This document shows, piece by piece, positions 26,058-32,000 of a DNA stretch of 32,000 nucleotides; the stretch's first letter is position 1; each line of letters starts with the position of its first letter. Both the position numbers and the translations under genes were made by a program. A model generated the notes under the pieces. That model ran no database searches. It saw only the letters and a program-made list of their open reading frames with translations, and was not told the DNA's origin. Source of the DNA: Geobacter sulfurreducens PCA. GTDB taxonomy: Bacteria > Desulfobacterota > Desulfuromonadia > Geobacterales > Geobacteraceae. The stretch is taken from assembly GCF_000007985.2 (NCBI RefSeq), contig NC_002939.5, positions 210,001 through 242,000 of the forward strand, in the 5' to 3' direction.

Positions 26058-26225
26058 TGTTGTTCCCTTTTTGTTTAATGATGTTTCTGCCTCTCTAGAG
26101 TACAGGTGCGAGGGGTAAACAGTCCACCAAAAAATCGTGCCGGCCGGCGGTTAACCCGGTGCCTTGACGGTGAAAATCGTGTAAGATGAGCGGCCACGCC
26201 ATTCCCGGACCAAAGGAGTTCCGCC

Positions 26226-27878
26226 ATGACCGATACCCTGATACCCCGCACCCCCTCAGCCTACGACTATCCCCTGCTCATCAAGAGCCTGCTCCGCAAT
26301 CCCGTGGTCGACAACCCCGACCAGGAAATCGTCTACCGGGGCGTGATCCGCCACACCTACCGCGATCTGCGCGAGCGGGTCCGGCGCCTGGCCAATGTTC
26401 TCACGGGCCTGGGGGTCAAGGCGGGCGATACCGTGGCGGTCATGGATTGGGACAGCCACCGCTACCTGGAGCTTTTCTTCGCGGTGCCCATGATCGGCGC
26501 AGTGCTCCATACCATCAACGTCCGCCTCTCCCCGGAGCAGATCCTCTATACCATCGACCATGCCGAGGACGATCTGCTGCTGGTGAACAGCGAATTCCTC
26601 CCCATTCTGGAGCAGATCCGGGGCAGGATCGACACGGTGCGGGGGTATGTGCTCCTCACCGACGAGGAAAAGATGCCCGAGAGCCACATCCCCTTTGTGG
26701 GTGAGTACGAGGCGCTCCTGGCCGCGGCCTCAGGCGAGTACGATTTTCCCGATTTCGATGAGAACACCCGGGCAACCACCTTCTACACCACCGGGACCAC
26801 CGGCCTCCCCAAGGGGGTCTACTTCAGCCACCGCCAACTGGTGCTCCACACCATGGGAGTTATGGCGTCCCTGGGGACGGTCTTCGCCCATGGCCGCCTC
26901 CACCAGGGGGATGTCTACATGCCGATCACCCCCATGTTCCATGTCCACGCCTGGGGCGTGCCCTATCTGGCCACCATGCTCGGCATCAAACAGGTCTATC
27001 CGGGGCGCTACTCGCCCGATCTGCTCCTGGACCTCATCGAAAAGGAACGGGTCACCTTTACCCACTGTGTCCCCACCATCCTTCATATGCTCCTCAAGCA
27101 TCCCCATGCCAAGCGGGTCGACCTGGCGGGATTGAAGATGATCATCGGCGGGGCCGCCATGTCCCGGGCCCTCTGCTGCGAGGCGCTGGAGCGCGGTATC
27201 GACGTTTTCACCGGCTACGGCATGTCCGAGACCTGCCCCATTCTGACCTTCTCACGTCTCACGCCTGAAATGCTGGCGGGAAGCCCGGCCGAGCAGGCCG
27301 AGGTCCGCTGCCTCACGGGGCTGTCGCTGCCGTTCGTGGACCTGCGGGTGGTGGATCCGGAAACCGGGGCAGAGCAGCCTCGGGACGGCCGGAGCGCCGG
27401 CGAGATCGTGGTGCGCGCCCCCTGGCTGACCCAGGGGTACCTGAAGGACCACCGTACCTCGGAAAAGCTCTGGGAGGGAGGCTTTCTCCATACCGGTGAC
27501 GTGGCGGTGCGGGACGAACGGGGATACGTACGGATTACCGACCGGACCAAAGACGTGATCAAGGTGGCGGGAGAATGGGTCTCTTCACTGGAGTTGGAGG
27601 ATATCCTGGCTCATCATCCCGCCGTGGCCGAAGTGGCGGTCATCGGCCAGCCCGACGAGAAATGGGGGGAGCGCCCCCTGGCCCTGGTGGTGCTGAAGCC
27701 CGAGGAGGCCGGCCGGGTGGGGGAAAAGGACCTGGCGCATTTTGTCCGGGAATACGCCGACAAGGGGATGGTCAGCAAGCAGGTGGTCCTGCTGAAAGTG
27801 CGGCTCGTGGATGCCATCGACAAGACGAGCGTGGGCAAGATCAGCAAAGTGACCCTGCGGGAGAAGTACCTGGCATAG
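26226..27878 (+). CDS. AMP-dependent acyl-CoA synthetase / fatty-acid--CoA ligase
   Basis: 550 aa. AMP-binding motif YTTGTTGLPKGV, TGYGMSE, GDV...DRTKDVIK. AAAGGAG RBS. Confidence 0.92.
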   Translation: MTDTLIPRTPSAYDYPLLIKSLLRNPVVDNPDQEIVYRGVIRHTYRDLRERVRRLANVLTGLGVKAGDTVAVMDWDSHRYLELFFAVPMIGAVLHTINVRLSPEQILYTIDHAEDDLLLVNSEFLPILEQIRGRIDTVRGYVLLTDEEKMPESHIPFVGEYEALLAAASGEYDFPDFDENTRATTFYTTGTTGLPKGVYFSHRQLVLHTMGVMASLGTVFAHGRLHQGDVYMPITPMFHVHAWGVPYLATMLGIKQVYPGRYSPDLLLDLIEKERVTFTHCVPTILHMLLKHPHAKRVDLAGLKMIIGGAAMSRALCCEALERGIDVFTGYGMSETCPILTFSRLTPEMLAGSPAEQAEVRCLTGLSLPFVDLRVVDPETGAEQPRDGRSAGEIVVRAPWLTQGYLKDHRTSEKLWEGGFLHTGDVAVRDERGYVRITDRTKDVIKVAGEWVSSLELEDILAHHPAVAEVAVIGQPDEKWGERPLALVVLKPEEAGRVGEKDLAHFVREYADKGMVSKQVVLLKVRLVDAIDKTSVGKISKVTLREKYLA

Positions 27879-27883
27879 GACGG

Positions 27884-28954
27884 CTACTCGGTGAAGGCCA
27901 GCTTCCGCTCAAGGTCCATGGAGCGGGTGATCTGCTTGGCCTGGTCGAAGGTAATGACGTCCTTCTCGCACAGTTCCAGCAGGTGCTGGTCAAGGGTCTG
28001 CATCTGGTAGAGGGAGCGGCCGTTTTCGATGTGCTTCTCGATCTCGTCCAGGCGTCCCTCGCGAATGCAGGCCTGGATGGTGGTTGTGGCTCGCATCACC
28101 TCCACCACCGGCAGGATGTTCTCCCCGGATTTGTCCTTGATGAGCCGTAACGACACGGTGGCCACCAGGATGTCGGCCAGGCGCTGGCGCAGGACCTCCT
28201 GGGCATCGGGGGGGAAGTGGCCGATGAGCCGGTTGATAGTGGATACGGCGCTCTGGGTGTGGAGGGTGGAAAAGACCAGGTGGCCCGTCTCCGCCGCCTT
28301 GATGCAGGCGTCGATGGTTTCCAGGTCGCGCATCTCGCCCACCATGATCACGTCGGGGTCCATCCGCAGGGACGAGCGGAGCGCCGCGCTGAAGTCGACC
28401 GTGTCGATTCCCACCTCCCGCTGGATGATGCAGCTCTTGTCCGAGGTGAAGAGGAACTCGATGGGGTCCTCGATGGTGATGATGTTGAAGGTGCAGGTCT
28501 CGTTCAGGTGGCGAATCATGGAGGCAAGGGTGGTCGACTTACCGTTGCCCGTGGGGCCGGTGACCAGCACGAGGCCGTTGGGGGCTTTGGCGATCTCTCC
28601 CAGGACCGGCGGCAGGTTGAGTTCCTCGAAGGTCCCCACGTGGGGAGGAATCACCCTCATGACGATGCCGATGCTCCCGCGCTGACGGAAGATGCTCACC
28701 CGGAAGCGCCCGCCATTGGGGAGCGAGTAGGAGGCGTCCAGCTCCCGCAGCTCGTCGGGGAGGGTCCGGTGGTTCTGCTCCATAACGGCCCGGGCGATGA
28801 ATTCGGTGTCCTGGGGGGAGAGCTTCGGCAACTTTGAGCGGAGCAACTGCCCCTTGGCACGGAAGAAGGGGGGATTGTCCACCTCGAAGTGGAGGTCGGA
28901 AACCCGCTTTTCAAAGGCAATGCCCAGAATCTGGGACAGAAGGTTCATATCCAT
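27884..28954 (-). CDS. pilT: type IV pilus retraction ATPase PilT family
   Basis: 356 aa. Walker A GPTGNGKST, Asp box, Walker B MVGEMRD, His box TLHT. PilT-like length, with no PilB N-terminal extension. Confidence 0.93.
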   Translation of the reverse strand: MDMNLLSQILGIAFEKRVSDLHFEVDNPPFFRAKGQLLRSKLPKLSPQDTEFIARAVMEQNHRTLPDELRELDASYSLPNGGRFRVSIFRQRGSIGIVMRVIPPHVGTFEELNLPPVLGEIAKAPNGLVLVTGPTGNGKSTTLASMIRHLNETCTFNIITIEDPIEFLFTSDKSCIIQREVGIDTVDFSAALRSSLRMDPDVIMVGEMRDLETIDACIKAAETGHLVFSTLHTQSAVSTINRLIGHFPPDAQEVLRQRLADILVATVSLRLIKDKSGENILPVVEVMRATTTIQACIREGRLDEIEKHIENGRSLYQMQTLDQHLLELCEKDVITFDQAKQITRSMDLERKLAFTE

Positions 28955-28999
28955 GGCGGTACCTCACTGCTATCTAAAAAATGCGGCCGGAAAGACCGT

Positions 29000-30775
29000 T
29001 CAGCGGTCACAGGCCGTCCCCTCGGGAGCCTTCCGCTCCCGTTTCCTGCGATAGAGCGCCGTTTCCAGAACCAACCCCGCCTCGCCCGTCACGAGCTCAA
29101 GCAGCTCGGTGCGCACGGGCGCTGCCCCCTTGTGGCCGAAATCCCCGTAGATGAGAGCGATGACCTTGCCGCCGCAGACCAGCGGGAGCAGGATGACCGT
29201 GGGGTGGAGCGGAGCGCCGATGATGGGAAAAAGATGCCCCTTCAGTATCTCATCGTCAGTTTCGCCATAAAATGCAGCTCTTTTTTCAATCGCGTCCCGG
29301 AGCACCGACGGGCGGTCCAGGGGGATCCTCGTCCCGAAAGAGGGTGAGACGCAGGCGCCACGGGGGCTCCGAATGCCGATACTCCGCTCGGCGATAAGTT
29401 CCTCTTCGCGCACGATGAGAGTGAGTGCCCGCTCGAAGGTGCCTGCCACCGTACTCAGGAGGGTCAGGGCGATTTCCGGAGGCTCGCGAAGTGCCCGCAA
29501 CTCCATTAACGTTTTGCCGAGTTGGGCCATGGCCGCTTCGCCGCCGTCTGAGCCCCGCCGCCTCAGATAGAGGGGCAGGGCGTCCAGAAGCCGGAGGGTG
29601 TCCTCCAGGAAGGTGTCGCCGCTCACCTCGCGCACGGGGCGGGGGAAGACGGCCACGGCTCCGTCTTTCAGGGCCTGGAGGGCAAAGGCCGGCTCAAGGG
29701 GCGAAGCGAGCTGGATGAGGGCGAGGGAGGGGTGGTGCTCCCTGACTCGTCGCAGGAGCCGCGCCGCATCTTCTGCGGGCAGGGTAAAGCCGGGCGATGC
29801 CGGCGAGTCAAGGATCAGGGTCGTCTGCCCGCCACGGGAGGCGAACTGTTGCGCCAGAGGGGCCAGGTCCTGCTCGTCGTTGGTGGTGAAAACGGAAATC
29901 CCCGCCTGACGGCAGACGGTGGTTACGCAGTAGGAAAAAAGGTCGTCCGGGCTGAAGAGGATGGCGGAAAGAGTGGGCGCACCGGCGGCTGGTGCGGTGT
30001 TCCCGAGCCGGCCCAGAAAGGCGAAGAGCTCCTCCTGTTCTTTGTCGGAAAGGTCTGCGCCCAGCTCTTGAATCTTACGCTGAAGGGAGGGGCTGCGATC
30101 CTCCAGCCCCAGAAAGACCTGGGGAATTTTCCGTTCGATCTGATCCAGGTCCCCGAGTCCCAGATCGTCGGCCGAGATGTTGAAATCGGCGGCTTCATCG
30201 CCGGAGAGGTCCGGGATAGGGGCCTCGATCGCAAACTCCTCCTCCACCAGCAGACCATCGCGCTTTTTCTCGTCGTAGATGCGGAGGGCGTCCATGAGGA
30301 CATTTTCCGTGTGGAGCGTGATTTCCTCATGGAGCTTTTCCGGGAAATAGCGGTACTCGTCGGAGACGCTGACCCGGTTCACGTCCAGATCAAAGGTGCC
30401 CCGCCTCCAGGTGAGAATTTCCACCACCGTCAGCTCGATGAGGGCCTCAAGCCCCCGGTAGGCGTCCTCCTTGCGGACGCTGCCCCGTTCGAGAAGTGTT
30501 GCCACCAGGGGTTTCCGTCCCGCTCCCGCCTCCTCCTGCTCCTGCAGGGCCTGCTCCAGGACCTCCTTGCTGATGACGCCGGCCTCTACGAGGATGTTGC
30601 CGATCCGGACGCTGTTGTCGAAGTGATTGGCGCTGATGATGTAGCCGTCGTTGAAGACGAGCTGGGACTCTCCCTTGCGTCCCCGCACGGTGAGGGTGCC
30701 TGACTTGCGGGTGGCGTGCAGCAGTTGGATGACGTCGACGATCGACAGGTGTTCCAGGTCACCGGTGAAAGACAT
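29000..30775 (-). CDS. PATAN (DUF4388) domain protein with degenerate receiver-like middle domain and C-terminal GAF-like domain
   Basis: The internal ATG at 30775 follows AAGGAGA. N-terminus FTGDLEHLSIVDVIQLLHATRKSGTLTV is the DUF4388/PATAN signature. The middle region ILFSPDD ... TTLILDSP ... LIQLAS ... FPRP resembles CheY-like REC with Lys replaced by Arg. The C-terminal about 150 aa is GAF-like. Lies 45 nt upstream of pilT. Confidence 0.8.
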   Translation of the reverse strand: MSFTGDLEHLSIVDVIQLLHATRKSGTLTVRGRKGESQLVFNDGYIISANHFDNSVRIGNILVEAGVISKEVLEQALQEQEEAGAGRKPLVATLLERGSVRKEDAYRGLEALIELTVVEILTWRRGTFDLDVNRVSVSDEYRYFPEKLHEEITLHTENVLMDALRIYDEKKRDGLLVEEEFAIEAPIPDLSGDEAADFNISADDLGLGDLDQIERKIPQVFLGLEDRSPSLQRKIQELGADLSDKEQEELFAFLGRLGNTAPAAGAPTLSAILFSPDDLFSYCVTTVCRQAGISVFTTNDEQDLAPLAQQFASRGGQTTLILDSPASPGFTLPAEDAARLLRRVREHHPSLALIQLASPLEPAFALQALKDGAVAVFPRPVREVSGDTFLEDTLRLLDALPLYLRRRGSDGGEAAMAQLGKTLMELRALREPPEIALTLLSTVAGTFERALTLIVREEELIAERSIGIRSPRGACVSPSFGTRIPLDRPSVLRDAIEKRAAFYGETDDEILKGHLFPIIGAPLHPTVILLPLVCGGKVIALIYGDFGHKGAAPVRTELLELVTGEAGLVLETALYRRKRERKAPEGTACDR

Positions 30776-30865
30776 GAGGCGGTTCTCCTTGCAGGGGGCG
30801 TCAGGATGCGCCCGGTCCAGCCCTGGACCGTCAGGGGGGCGACTTTCCCCGCTGGACCCAGGTTC

Positions 30866-30894
30866 AATTAAACTCGATAACGAGCGCCCCTTCA
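30866..30894 (-). promoter_or_regulatory. candidate sigma70-type promoter of the PATAN-pilT operon
   Basis: On the minus strand: TTGAAG (30894-30889), 17-nt spacer, TTTAAT (30871-30866). Confidence 0.45.
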
Positions 30895-31030
30895 AGTACA
30901 CCTATCGGAAAGAAACGGAATTGCTTGAGGAAACCTTTCCGCAGTCCGTCCGCTGAAGCTGAAAAGCGCATGCGTTCGGCGCCGAATCCGGGTATACTGC
31001 GAGGCCAACCCCAACGACAAAGGAGACCCT

Positions 31031-31690
31031 ATGGAGATACTTCTGAACGACGTGGAGGTGCGGGTTCTCGGCTGCCTGATCGAAAAGGAGCTGGCGACCC
31101 CCGAGTACTATCCCCTCACCCTCAACAGCCTCACCACGGCCTGCAACCAGAAGTCGAACCGGGATCCGGTCATGGCCCTGGAGGAGTCCGAGGTGGTGCG
31201 GGCTCTGGACGGCCTGAAGATGAAGCATGTGGCGATCCAGGCGGCCGATTCGGGGCGGGTTCCCCGCTATCGCCATATCCTGTCGGAGCGGCTGCGGTTC
31301 TCCCCGGCCGAACTGGCGATCCTGGCAGAGTTGCTCCTGCGGGGGCCCCAGACCCTGGGGGAGCTGCGTACCCGCGCGGAGCGGATGCATCCCTTTGCCG
31401 ATCTGGCTGCCGTGGAGCAGGTGCTGGGCGAACTGGCGGAGCGCACCCCGCCTCTCGTGATGCGGCTTCCCCGTCAGCCCGGCCGCAAGGAATCCCGTTT
31501 CGCCCATCTGCTGGCCGGAGAGCCGGACCTGTCGGCCGAGGAGCGGACGGCCCCGCCGGAGGGGGCACGGCTTCAGGTCATGGCGGAGAATGAGCGGATT
31601 GCCGCGCTGGAGTTGGAGGTGGCGACGCTCAGGGCGGAAGTGGGCGAGTTGCGACAGGTGATGGAAGAGTTCAGGTCCCAGTTCGAGTGA
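31031..31690 (+). CDS. yceH: YceH family protein (DUF480/UPF0502)
   Basis: 219 aa. N-terminus LNDVEVRVLGCLIEKELATPEYYPLTLNSLTTACNQKSNR is highly characteristic of YceH. C-terminal coiled coil. AAAGGAG RBS. Confidence 0.9.
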   Translation: MEILLNDVEVRVLGCLIEKELATPEYYPLTLNSLTTACNQKSNRDPVMALEESEVVRALDGLKMKHVAIQAADSGRVPRYRHILSERLRFSPAELAILAELLLRGPQTLGELRTRAERMHPFADLAAVEQVLGELAERTPPLVMRLPRQPGRKESRFAHLLAGEPDLSAEERTAPPEGARLQVMAENERIAALELEVATLRAEVGELRQVMEEFRSQFE

Positions 31691-31704
31691 GAGGGGAGAG
31701 CGTC

Positions 31705-32000
31705 ATGACGGACAAGCGTTTCCTGACCCCGGCCGAGGCACTGAACGCAACGGTTGAGAACGGCCGGCGTGTTCTGACCCAGTCCCTCGCCCGCACGGTG
31801 CTCCTGAGCCTGCTGGCCGGGTTCTACATCGCCTTCGGCGCCCAGCTGGCAACGGTGGTGACCCAAGACGCAGCGCTCCATGTGGGGCAGGGGGTCGCCC
31901 GGCTCCTGGGGGGCAGTGTCTTTTCGGTGGGTCTCATGCTGGTGGTGATTTGCGGGGCGGAGCTCTTCACCGGCAACAGCCTTCTGACCGTGGCGCTTCT
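31705..32000 (+). CDS. formate/nitrite transporter (FNT) family protein, 5' partial (runs off window)
   Basis: Not in the ORF track because no stop lies within the window. My translation from the ATG at 31705 gives MTDKRFLTPAEALNATVENG...LAGFYIAFGAQL...VVICGAELFTGNSLL, which includes the FNT signature GAELFTGN. GAGGGGAGAG RBS. Confidence 0.8.
   Translation, partial: MTDKRFLTPAEALNATVENGRRVLTQSLARTVLLSLLAGFYIAFGAQLATVVTQDAALHVGQGVARLLGGSVFSVGLMLVVICGAELFTGNSLLTVAL

Noticed and set aside
1-32000. Searched by eye for CRISPR repeats, tRNA T-loop/acceptor signatures (GGTTCGAATCC-like), rRNA, transposase/integrase genes, defence-system hallmarks and toxin-antitoxin pairs.
   Set aside because: None found. 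The only GGTTCGA-like strings (for example at 8546) lack surrounding tRNA structure. The m5C methyltransferase at 24573 has Dnmt2 features and no partner endonuclease, so it is not called a restriction-modification system.

Overview
GC-rich (roughly 60-65% by eye) chromosomal segment. Gene content and protein sequences look Geobacter-like (Desulfuromonadales); this is inferred from memory of the families, not from a search. I support about 31 protein-coding genes, mostly on the + strand and tightly packed, several with ATGA or GTGA start/stop overlaps.

Gene content, in order:
- A two-subunit Tat-exported molybdenum hydroxylase with its XdhC and MocA maturation genes.
- A B12-type radical SAM / TetR / ZupT unit behind a pair of palindromic operators.
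- A cold-shock protein gene and a secreted DUF4350-like protein.
- A PF04392-type ABC importer followed by a second radical SAM gene with an atypical CX4CX2C cluster motif.
- A 365-nt noncoding gap containing a long inverted repeat.
- A DUF815 ATPase and folD.
- A small zinc-ribbon protein next to an AT-rich divergent promoter island.
- Nitroreductase, SCO, and a caa3-type cytochrome c oxidase cluster in the order subunit I, III, IV, II, then ctaB.
- A cupin gene with a 46-aa membrane protein.
- A lactate-permease-family gene immediately followed by a Dnmt2-family methyltransferase.
- A SlyD-like FKBP with a Cys/Asp-rich insertion, and an acyl-CoA synthetase.
- A PATAN(DUF4388)/pseudo-receiver/GAF gene in an operon with pilT.
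- yceH, and the 5' end of a formate/nitrite transporter family gene.

I saw no rRNA, tRNA, CRISPR array, transposase, integrase or phage genes. This looks like core chromosome, not an accessory island. I found no obvious defence or mobile system.

The most interesting items are the bacterial Dnmt2 homolog, the PATAN-GAF/PilT pair, the unexplained structured intergenic element at 13.3-13.7 kb, the dyad operators before the radical SAM/TetR/ZupT unit, the CX4CX2C radical SAM enzyme and the Cys-rich FKBP insertion.

All family calls rest on motifs I can read in the translations. None has been verified by a database search.
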